Assembly: GCA_964035545.1 (NCBI GenBank)
Contig: OZ037765.1
Coordinates: 6,520,698 to 6,584,697, forward strand
Length of the DNA stretch: 64,000 nucleotides
Direction of reading: 5' to 3'
Source of the DNA: Bugula neritina
Taxonomy: Eukaryota > Animalia > Bryozoa
In this document: positions 29,042 to 39,800 of the stretch, one piece after another
Numbering within the stretch: the first letter of the stretch is position 1
Layout of the letters: each line of letters begins with the position of its first letter
Notes under the pieces: generated by a model
The model's database searches: none
The model's input: only the letters and a program-made list of their open reading frames with translations
Told to the model about the DNA's origin: nothing
Position numbers and translations under genes: made by a program

Positions 29042-29667
29042 CTGAATTATTCATGAGCCATTTAAGCAGCACCAAGATATTAATTTCTAAATGACCTAAA
29101 AACAAAATAAATTTAAATTAACTTAGTCAAAAGATTATGAAATAATGGCTTGAATATTCAATTAATTTTATTACCTATTGACATTAGTTTTGAAAAATAG
29201 AAAATACTAAAATAAATTATCAAAAATAGTACAAGTCTTTAATAGTAAAGTTACTGTTAGGGACTTTGACTGGGCTTCGCAAATTTTAATTTAAGCAATC
29301 ATTTTGCTCCGGAAGGCCATAGTGTTCTTTTTATAATAACAACTGTGCAGAAATGAGCTTTGATATAAATTACATTATTTCAATATGCCACTTACATAAA
29401 TTAATAAAAATATATCTTTGTCTCACTAGTAAAAGTAATAGCAATTGTATAAAAGTTAGGTTACTATTACTATGGTACTAATGCTGTACTATAAGTTTGA
29501 AATATTTTATTCTACTTATTACAAAAATCCCAATATTCACTTCAAATTTTGGCAAGTATTAAAAATATGAGACTAACTGTAACTTCAGTTTAAAGAAAGA
29601 CATACCAACTGGGTCAGTCAAGTATAGAAACTGAAAGTTCCAACTTGCAACTTGAACTTTGAGTTAC

Positions 29668-29761
29668 CTCAAAAGAAGTAAATCTATTTGCACAGACCAA
29701 TTTATGCAGACCACTTCGTGCAGACCTCTTCTGCAATATGCAGATGCTGTTTGGGACCAAG
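29668..29761 (-). other. DEPDC5: Probable 5' UTR exon of DEPDC5
   Basis: Flanked by acceptor ggtttttcag and donor gag|gtaact. A further acceptor (ttttag) lies near 29096, upstream of the ATG. Confidence 0.5.
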
Positions 29762-32029
29762 CTGAAAAACCAAACAGTGGGTATGATGATGAAGCTTACA
29801 TAAGAGTGCTATATTAATGGTGAACCTAAAAGGCTGAAACCAGTTTCACATCAGATATCTTGAACTGTTTCTGTTTATGTTTAGTTATAGTTTTAAGAAC
29901 CTTGCAAAAATCACACTAGCCCTAGATAGTACAATTAGCAGTCCTATCCAAAGTCTAACGCATATGCTTATGACAAGCTACTAAAAATAGAAAAATGTTA
30001 CCATCAATATCATAATCATAATAATAATGCAAATTAGATATTCACTTTTATTTAAAATTACATTAGTATTGGGTTTACTATTAGTATTCACAATATGAAT
30101 ATAAGCATTAATTTAAACTTATTATTTAATTCACTATCATTATAAAATTAAATATAAAAATATATACAATTGCTAATACTAATATTAATAAAACTCATAA
30201 GTCATCTGTATCAGTTAGCCACTATCAGTATGAGCGTTGGGCACAAGGCCAAGCTAAAGCTCTCTCATGAGTCATTACTATTGAAAACATGTGTTACCCA
30301 TGGTACATAATCATCATGATGATCACAATAACAATCATAATTATAATGAACAACGGATATATACTACAGATAATCTAATGTTTATGATTTTAGAACTACA
30401 ACTTTCTCCAAGTAGTTTTTTAATACTCATAGTCATAGTGAATGTGATACCTGATAGTGATACTAATTACTAATAGGTCATAGTCATTAGTCTTACTCTT
30501 ATAGTTATATTTCATCAGTATGAGTGTCACCATTAAGTGATTAATTATTATTTACTAAGAATTAAAATAGAAAATCACTTACAATTACAATAAGTATAAC
30601 CATCAGTTACAAAGTTTGTTGACAGTGTCAGTATCATTATGATTATAACTATAAGTATTAGTATTACTTTTAGACTTAGTATTAGTATTGATACTAAAAG
30701 TAAATTTAGCTTTGCAGTCACTGCAGCTTTGCATTCAAATAACTATGATATTCATATTTATATTAGTTTAAGTTTAACTTCAAGTTTTCACTATCACTAT
30801 GAGTATGACTATGAGTATCAGTACAAGTGTTACTATTACTATTAGTATTAGTATTACTATTAGTATGACTATAACTATAAGTATAATCTCAACTATAAGT
30901 ATAAGTATAAATATCAGTACGAGTACCACTATCAGTATCATTATCAGCATGTCTTAGACTTAGAGTTAGTCTACATTCAGATTCTAAGTATAACTCCATC
31001 ACTATGGCTATAGCCAAGTCAGACACTGAGACAGTTTCTATGTTAACAATAACTCAATAAGTATAACAGTTAACTGTTGAGTCACCGTTTTATAAAAAGC
31101 TCAGTTTGTACCAAAGAAGCTTCCGATCTGATCTATACTTCACAGTTGGTAAGTTATGCTTATATCATAGTCATACAGCTACATTACTCATTAGTCCAAT
31201 AATCATAATGAATTTGGGAATAAGGATAATCGGACAGCACATGTAAGATGTATAATATTTACAAAGTTATCTCCTTTATTAATATTAAATGTTAATCAAA
31301 AAATTGCTTGAAGTAGCACCGAGCTGGTGATCATTGAGTGCATTGGTTTGGAAATCTCGAGTTTAGGGTATAAGTTTGAAGTTTGGACCATTGAACTGTA
31401 ACGAAGTTTTAGTTGATACTTCATTGGTTCGGACAATGATGTGTATACTAATTTTGCACTCAGTCACCGCTAATTTGGTGCTGCTTCTGGTAATATTCAA
31501 TTTATTGTGATTATAGCCTTAGACTTAATTTATGCTCTAGTTTTAGCAGTTTAGTTACTCAAACTAATGTATCTATATTAGTTTTAACACTTTGGTACGT
31601 GATCTTCTCAAAGTTTATATAAATAATAGATGCATATTTATAATATTAATGATATTTATGTTAATATCATTTGTCAACTTTTTATTGATAGTCATCATGA
31701 TTTTCTAGATACTTTTACCAGAGCTGAGTCAAAATCACATTAAATCATAGTTAAGAAAAAGTAGTTCCTGTCTTTTTAGAACGTTAGTGACTTAGTCGAC
31801 TTGAAGTTGAACTTGCAGTTGCAGCTCCACCAGTTTCAGTTTGAGTTTGTCCTGACTCTGAGGCTGATGGACTCATGTCTCATACTGATACTCATAGTCA
31901 TACATACTAATACTGATAGTGATGCCGATACTTGTAGTTATACTTATAGTTATAGTAGCAATAGCATAAGTATTACTATTAGACCTAATTAGTCATTACT
32001 AGTAGTAGTAGTGGTAGTGGTAGTAGTAG

Positions 32030-32478
32030 TGAAAAATAAGATGTCGTCTAGCTATATATATTTTTTGTTATTTTATAAGTTGTATTCCCCCCCCCCCCCC
32101 CCCCCCCCCCCCCGCCACATTTTTTTATTATTAATCGATCAGCGAGTTATGTGAGCCGAAACTCGACCGAAATCGGAACCGAGGGTACGATTTCGGAAGG
32201 GTCTGTACGATTTCGGGCAAACTCTTTCCGACTTCGGCCAGCGGAACTCCGAATTTCGGTCGAGTTTCGGATACCCAAAGTGGCGGGAAATTTTACTAGT
32301 ATATAAGTGGGAGAGTTTTCAGTGGTAAGTCAGTCGACCACTGGAGCTCAACCAAGACACATCTAAAGAGAATAAAGACACTATATCAAGAATATTCAAG
32401 AAGATTTTTATTTGATCAATATAGTATAAGGCATGCAGACTGCTTAATCTATTTCATAACAACCCAAGGTTCACAACA
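32030..32478 (+). mobile_element. Candidate solo LTR (449 bp) inserted in a (TAG)n microsatellite
   Basis: GTAG|TG...CAACA|GTAG. Internal order: C27 tract, CpG-rich hairpin, GGCGGGAAA, TATATAA (32300), TCAGT (32330), AATAAA (32371), which is U3-R-U5-like. Confidence 0.55.
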
Positions 32479-34050
32479 GTAGTAGTAGTAGTAGTTTATT
32501 ACTATTAGTAGTACTAGTTATATGATATTAATATTGATATATCTATATTAAGTAATGTTAGACTTGGAGTTACTCTTAGTAATTATAACCATTATAAAAT
32601 TAAATTATTATAATTCTGATAATTGTTTTAAGATTAAATACTTTTAAATACGTTTGAAGGTATAGAACATTTGGGAACGCTCAATGTTATAGAAGTGTCT
32701 TATTTGTTTTATGGTGTGGACTACGTCTACAGGTTAGGTGATAATTTTGTTGATTTTTTATATATAATTGATAATTATATTGATATTGATAATATAACCA
32801 TAATGATAATAATAATATTAATATGAAAATAACTTGATTTATTTTTACTTTTCTTTGACACTAATGTTAACTTACTCTTGCTTTTGGTCTAACAGTAAAT
32901 CACTCTCAGTTACTGTTCGGATAAACTTAAAGTTGAAGTTTACTAATTACTTATCAAACTTTAACTTAGTCTTATGTCTTATAATTATAATTATCAGTCA
33001 ACTTTTACTTTTACTTTTAGCGAATATGAATATGCATATCATGATCAATGGAGTTTAAAATTAGTATAAGTATAGTACTAATAGTGAATGAGAATACTGT
33101 TTTTGTCTTGCAATTTAAATTTAAAGGAGGAGAAAATGAAGTCTACCTATTTTCACTATTATTAGTGCTGATGTCTAAGGCAGGCATATTTCGCTCATTA
33201 ATTTTGAATAATTTGTTTGTTTTTTTGTTCAATTAATGACTCCTTGTCGTCATATGTGTTGTTCCTGCTAAATTATAAAAGTAGTAAAATGGTATGAACT
33301 CTTAGTAGTACAATAATCACAGGTGTTTCATACATTTAGCTGTTCAAGTGGATTACACTCACTTCTCAGTTCTCTGACAACTTATCAAAAATAATTAAGT
33401 TTAAAAATAAATCTTCGCTCTAAAACACAGATTATTATCAACCAGGTGGCTGTTGGATTTTTACCTTGGAATGAATTTTGTGAGTTCCAATGTTTGGCGG
33501 TAGTGAAATTTGGTGGGTTGGCCAGCCAAAGAAGGCAGGTGTAAAAAATAAGAAAGGTACTGAAAAAACTCAGGGCATCAGTTATTGCATGTTCATGAAG
33601 CTTTTCATCTGATAAGTCACATTAGCAGGACTCTTTGTCATTGAAAATCATAATTCTAATGAGAATCACCAGCATGAAGTTTTTGAAAATTAAAAAACTT
33701 GAAAAGTTCATTTATTTTCAAATGTTTTTTCAATTTTTTACTTAGAAAGTTGTAAATAATTTGTTTTGTAAAACCAAAACATAACCAGTATAAAGCATTT
33801 GAATAATAGAAGCATGTTTTGCCTTGAATTGTTGTGATAACTTAATATATCTCTGTAGATTTACCACTCTATAAAATGCGCAGAATCAAAGTTGGACAAT
33901 TAATAGTATCTGTTATTAAATGCTAATAATACTAGTTATTGTCAACTGCTAAAATGGGTTTGCATATGACAAACTGATAATTTGATAAAAAAAACATCCC
34001 GCAATCACACATCACTACAATTAAATTAGCTTGATTCTTATTTTGCAGTT

Positions 34051-34989
34051 ATGGCTGACACTAATAAGATTGATGTGACATCTCATATCTTTGTTGCTCC
34101 TACAAAGCAGCTGAATGCAGCCACCCAAATGTCTACATGGACTGACAGCCAAGCGTATGCTGACATAGTGGGATTTATTTGTGCAATGAATGAAGCTGTA
34201 AAAGATAAGAAAGTAACGGAAGATTTTGTTGTATCACCGGCTGTAGAAAGACTAGTATCTATGCTTCAAGTAATAAGTACCTGGATTGATGACATTCCTC
34301 CCATAGACCAACCCCAACGATTTGGAAACAAAGCTTTCAAACATTTTTATGAAAAGCTTCTTTCTGAGTCTAGCTCTCTTTTGAAACAAGCACTAGATGA
34401 AACCTTTCACAGATGTATTCCTGAAGTTAGTGTATACCTGAATGAATCATTTGGTAACGCTACTCGCATTGATTATGGCACTGGGCACGAATTAGCTTTT
34501 CTTGCTTTTCTTTGCTGCTTGTATAAGTTGGCAGTGCTTGCTGAAACAGATGCAACTGCAACAGTGTTTTGCATATTTAAGACATACATAGAATTATGTA
34601 GAAAGCTTCAACGTACGTACAAGATGGAGCCAGCGGGAAGCCATGGTGTATGGTCACTGGACGATTTTCAGTTTGTGCCATTTATTTGGGGCAGCTCACA
34701 ACTTATGGGACATCGAAGAATCACTCCTGCTCGTGCAGTTGAACAGGATTACTATGAGGGTTTTCATAAAGACTATATATATCTTGCAGCTATCAAACAT
34801 ATATGCAGCGTGAAGACTGGCCCATTCGCTGAGCACTCTAATCAGCTGTGGAACATCAGTGGAGTGCCTTTATGGAGCAAAGTTAATAGTGGGCTGATCA
34901 AAATGTATAAAGCTGAGTTGTTGGCAAAATTTCCAGTCATTCAACATTTTCTGTTTGGGAGTTTGCTCACATTAGCTCCAAACCATTAG
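34051..34989 (+). CDS. PTPA: Serine/threonine-protein phosphatase 2A activator (PTPA/PPP2R4), single coding exon, 312 aa
   Basis: Motifs QPQRFGNKAF, FGNATRIDYGTGHEL, YKMEPAGSHGVWSLDDFQF, KTGPFAEHS, KFPVIQHF. Acceptor ttttgcag lies 2 nt before the ATG. Confidence 0.97.
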   Translation: MADTNKIDVTSHIFVAPTKQLNAATQMSTWTDSQAYADIVGFICAMNEAVKDKKVTEDFVVSPAVERLVSMLQVISTWIDDIPPIDQPQRFGNKAFKHFYEKLLSESSSLLKQALDETFHRCIPEVSVYLNESFGNATRIDYGTGHELAFLAFLCCLYKLAVLAETDATATVFCIFKTYIELCRKLQRTYKMEPAGSHGVWSLDDFQFVPFIWGSSQLMGHRRITPARAVEQDYYEGFHKDYIYLAAIKHICSVKTGPFAEHSNQLWNISGVPLWSKVNSGLIKMYKAELLAKFPVIQHFLFGSLLTLAPNH

Positions 34990-36898
34990 CAGCGGTCAGA
35001 TGATTACCAATACTTTCAGAATATTATATTTAAGTTTTAGGCTATTAGCTCATTTAAACTTTAGTAGTGCTAATTTAATTGGCACAAGTTTTCATTGTTG
35101 CTGAAATCTACAAAATATTGTTAACAATAAGAACAATAAATGAAGGCAATCATTCTGTAAGTTTTGCCACTACTTGTCCAAAAATTACTTAGGGCTTAAT
35201 ATTAATTTTATGATGCATTCTATTCTAGTTAGGAGTTTTTTTTTAAATTGTTTAGCAAGTGTGTAATAATAGTTATAATTGTGTTTTACCAGCTTTTCAA
35301 ATTTAACAAATAACAGCTGTGTTGTTAGTATTATGATGTGTGTTCAAATGTGAACTTCCTACCTTTTAGGTTAATAAATTTATAAACATCTTTTGCAAAC
35401 ACTCATTAATCTCAATAATATCCACATGAATTCATACAAATTTGTGAAAATTATTGTCATCCCTTTAAAATGAGTAATGAGTTATTAAAATAAATAACCA
35501 AGTATTTCTTTATTGTTTGGAGTTGTTATTCCAACTGAGGCATCTTGTATATGGCATATTCTCAGTTGATAAATAACAATAAATTAAACTTAGTTCTCAT
35601 ATTTCATAAAAACCATTATAATTTACCAGAAAGTAGATTTGGCATTATTTAGTCACGAGACAAGGCTCTAACATTATTTGCATAATATTATAGCAATCAC
35701 CTTTGCATTAGAAAGTTGGTGTGTCAAATGGAAGCATTATTCAACATTGCTAAATTATGAAACTGATTAAAAACCTTGACCATCCTGATAAAGAAATTAT
35801 ATTTCGATGTTCTCAATGGCCAATATAAAATTAGAGCTTTGTGTTTCAACATTATTTTATTATGAACAACCAAGAAAAATTCAACAAGATGCTTCATTAT
35901 GATTATTTTTGTGATTGTACAGACAATGTTTATCAAACTTTAAAAAGAAAATATATACTATCTGTTACTTTTTTATGACTGCACATTTGTGGAAAAATCA
36001 CAAGGATATAATGAAACCTCAAATCTTGGTAGGAACAATTTTATCACAATAGTAAGATAAATACTGAAAATAATAAGCATATATTATAGAAGATATACAT
36101 AAATGGTGATATAATAGGACTTGGCTCCATCATGATTGCTTCTCACATAAAGCTGGATTAACTGGAGATTAAATACATGAGAAAACTTGCAGTCACTGAC
36201 CAGGTGACTTCACTTTAATTTTCCAAAATAGGAAATAGTTAAATATAAAGCTAATGGTGAAGCAATTGAGTGTTATGACAACTAGTTGACAATGTGAGTT
36301 CATATTATTTGGCTTTGTACAATTGATTGACTGATGTTAGAGGTCTATTAGATAGGTTAGCCTGTTCTGGATAAACACTTTGCAGTAAATCTAAAATCTC
36401 AAATGCGAAACAGCCTTGTAGTGAAAATAGCCGATATATGAATTAAAACTGTACAAATACAATACAAATTCATAATAAAGTTTCGTACAACTGCTTTTGA
36501 GAATCAAAAAATATGTTGACAGCTAAAACAATATTCTATAAAATAGGATATAAACATAGAAGACATGGAAGATATGAATTAATCCCATGTTTATATATTA
36601 TAGACCTGTTATAGATAATTACTCCAAACACAAAATTAATAATACACTTATAACATAATTATAGCAATGTCATATGGTTATTTTGGGTAAAAGCAAAACA
36701 TAGAATAAAAATAAAATCGTCATTTGATATAGGCTTAACTGCTGTAGCTATTCTTTCTCTTCCTCTCCCTTCCTTAGTTGAAACAATAATATAGCATGGA
36801 GCGCACCTTCACAGTGAATGTGCTGATGGTGCTTGTGCAAGATCGTAATATCAGGGTAGGTCAATAACAGATATGGTACATTCAGAATAGATCAACTT

Positions 36899-39800
36899 TT
36901 AGTACAGTGTTGCATAGCCTCCGTTGTGTGCATTACCATAACCCTGAAATAAGAAAAAATTAGTGCAATTACAAGAGCCCCACACCGGTATGATAATTCC
37001 AAACATTACTGAAAAATGACAATGACACGAAATACGATAACTCCAAATAAGGTTGCAAAAAGAAACATTTAAGATACTGAAAACTTCAGAACACTAACAA
37101 TCAAACATTATTAAAGCTCTCTCAAACAAAATGCCACATGCATCATTTCAGAAATGTTCTAATAATGAAAACAATAAAATGAATTATTGTGTTCACTAGC
37201 AGGTAAGGACGAAGTACAATATCATCTAGTAGCAAATTTGTTGAAAGTACATAAAATATTCTACTTGTTGAGTTGGAGTTGACAGTAGCAGTATCTAACA
37301 GTCTCTACCCTCTAAAACAGAACTAGGACTACAGACTACAGCTGAGAGAGAGGTAAACTCATTTGATAGTAACCTTCATTTTTCAACCACCTCTGTTTTA
37401 ACATGAGTCCTATTGGCACATACGAGCTAGAATATGGGTGACTATGGCAGCCATAGAACATCACAGTATTCACCGCAGGATATAATAAACTGTTAATTTT
37501 AAGATATGAAGAGTCGTCTACAGATGCATGTAAGTCTTTACCTGCGATCAACTCTCTCACGTATTTTATATTCATTCCACACGGTTTTATGAAGGTGCCG
37601 AGGAAGACGAAGTGGCTGAAAAATGATGACTAAGCTCAAACAACTACATAATCAGTTAATATGTTAGCAAGTTCTACGTGTATGATTGTATGGGCACAAC
37701 TACAGCTGACTATATACAAAGCTCCATACCAAATTAATATGTAGGAACTAAAACTAAATTGGAGAGAGAAGCACTGATCTACTGAACTCTGTATTTACCT
37801 CAAATAAATAAATAATTTAGTAGATTAGATAGATATACACATGTGTGTTGACCCATTATCAGAGGTAACCCCCATTGAATGCCGCAGTAGTAATAAGTCC
37901 CTGTGTAAACAACATAACTCACTATCAGGATTTTGTAAAGAAACAAGTGGAGATGTCATTGAAATATACAAATCATTTCAGAAATCTAAGGCTCAATAAT
38001 GAAATAGCCAAGAGAAGAAATCAAGTTTTCCTCCAAGGAGAAGCTATGATTGCAAGAGAAGTCTCTGCTAAGGTATTAGTACAGACTAACTGGAGCGCAC
38101 AGTTATAGATTTCCTGAGTGGATATTTGATATCAGAAGCTAAATTGGATTACATAGAGATTATACCCGTGTGTTTCTCTAGTAGTTTGCTCGTTAGCAGT
38201 AGAATACTTTTTAACATTGATGACTTATACCCCCTCCACACTACTCTTCTCAACTAAACATCTAAGCAAATCAAAACTTTTCACCAAAACGGAAAAAATA
38301 AATTGTTAGAAAAAGGTTGACATGTTAAAAGTAAATAGTTTAGATATTTACCCTATTGCTCAGTGCTAGATTAGGGAAAGCTCCTGGCTGAGGGCTGGTG
38401 GGCTGGCCGTAGTTGGCTAGTGCAAGTTCGTTTCCATATATTTGCTCTAGAGGGCCAGGACTGCCAGCAGGCTGGAATGCTCTTTGATTAGCAGCGGCAG
38501 CTGCTGCCAAAGTAGCTTGATTGTAAGCAGTAGGATAGCCATTCAGCACTACAATCACCACATCAATGCTTTCCAATGTTCAGCCTCTCAGCTAATAGTT
38601 TACAAGTAAATATTCTGGTACCACTTTTCATGTTAAATGGATACAATAAAACAAATATCTTCTCCATCCATCCAAGAGGTAATGTAGTAGTACGATACAC
38701 ACACTAAACATGCAAGCAGCCGAATTCTACGAGTACACACTAAGCTAGAGCAGCAGTATTTAGAACAGCCTACAATTGAGTGGTGAAGGTGGGAGGTCAT
38801 GCAATACCAACTCATACATCAACCAGTGATTATGTAATAGTATGACTTCATGTCAGCAGTATTAACTCTTGAAATTCTGGCCAAGAGTCGCCTAACTTTC
38901 TTGATATAAAATTGCAGAACACTGTTTAGTCAGCTAAAATAATCAATTTAGCTCATTAGAAGTCAACCTTATCCAAACTCACCAGCATTTCTTCAGACTT
39001 AAATCAAATCTAATTTCAGCTAAGCAGCTTGTTAATTAGTGAAGTAATTTGTTGAGAGCTGCTTCTTTAGTGACTGACTAATTACATGTTGAGAGAAACC
39101 ATACACAACACTAACAATATTATGGCGAGTAACGCTGGCATAAAAATGGACTTAGCATCTATGTAGCAGAACTTAAATTTTAATAAACAGAATATTGTTA
39201 AGAAAAACTATATATAAAAGCTAAAACTAGCATGAGGAAATATAACTGCTGACATGGAGGCATAAACTAGCGGCGGAGGAAATACAGAGGCAGCAGGTTC
39301 AATGGCAGCAGAGAATGCTGACAAATCAAGTACCTGCGGCAGCTCTGTGTAAATCTTTATGCGGTGAAAAGAGACTAGCATTGTTGTTTATAGAAGTGGC
39401 AGAGAAGGCTTCGTTAGCAAGTCTTGGAGTAGTGTGTAAAGCAGGGGTGAGATGACTTTGGAGGGAGGGATTTGCACTAGCAAAGTCAAAATAGGTAGTA
39501 GCACCTGCTGTAGGGTTTGTTAGGGAGTTGGTTACTGCTGAGGTCGTTGTCTGTCTCTCCACCAAACATGGCATGATGAGATTAGTGCCTGCAGTTTGTG
39601 TGAGCTGTGTGAAGCTTGGGTTGCTGGTGGCAGCTGCAGATAAAATCAAATATATAATATTTACTTATAAAAACCTAAAAGCACGGGTGTAGGTTTTCCC
39701 TTTATAGCTTCCAAACCAGTTGGCCCTTCAAATGCATGCGTAGCAGGTGAGTGATTAGTGGGATAGAGTTGAGGAAGGGTGTTGTAGCAGAACAATTCGT

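Larger units (their letters stand above)
29560..33240. repeat. Degenerate 6-bp-periodic low-complexity DNA spanning the DEPDC5/PTPA divergent intergenic region
   Basis: Long runs such as tattac-tattag-tatgac-tataac-tataag and ctgata-ctcata-gtcata-ctaata. Confidence 0.75.

Noticed and set aside
32030-32478. Parvovirus/densovirus terminal hairpin or Polinton end
   Set aside because: No NS1, capsid, polB or integrase remnants nearby and no partner terminus. The flanking AGT repeats belong to the local microsatellite.
30291-33236. Short ORFs with alternating residues (ISISI, YEYDY)
   Set aside because: By-products of the 6-bp periodic DNA; frequent stops and no coherent splice model.
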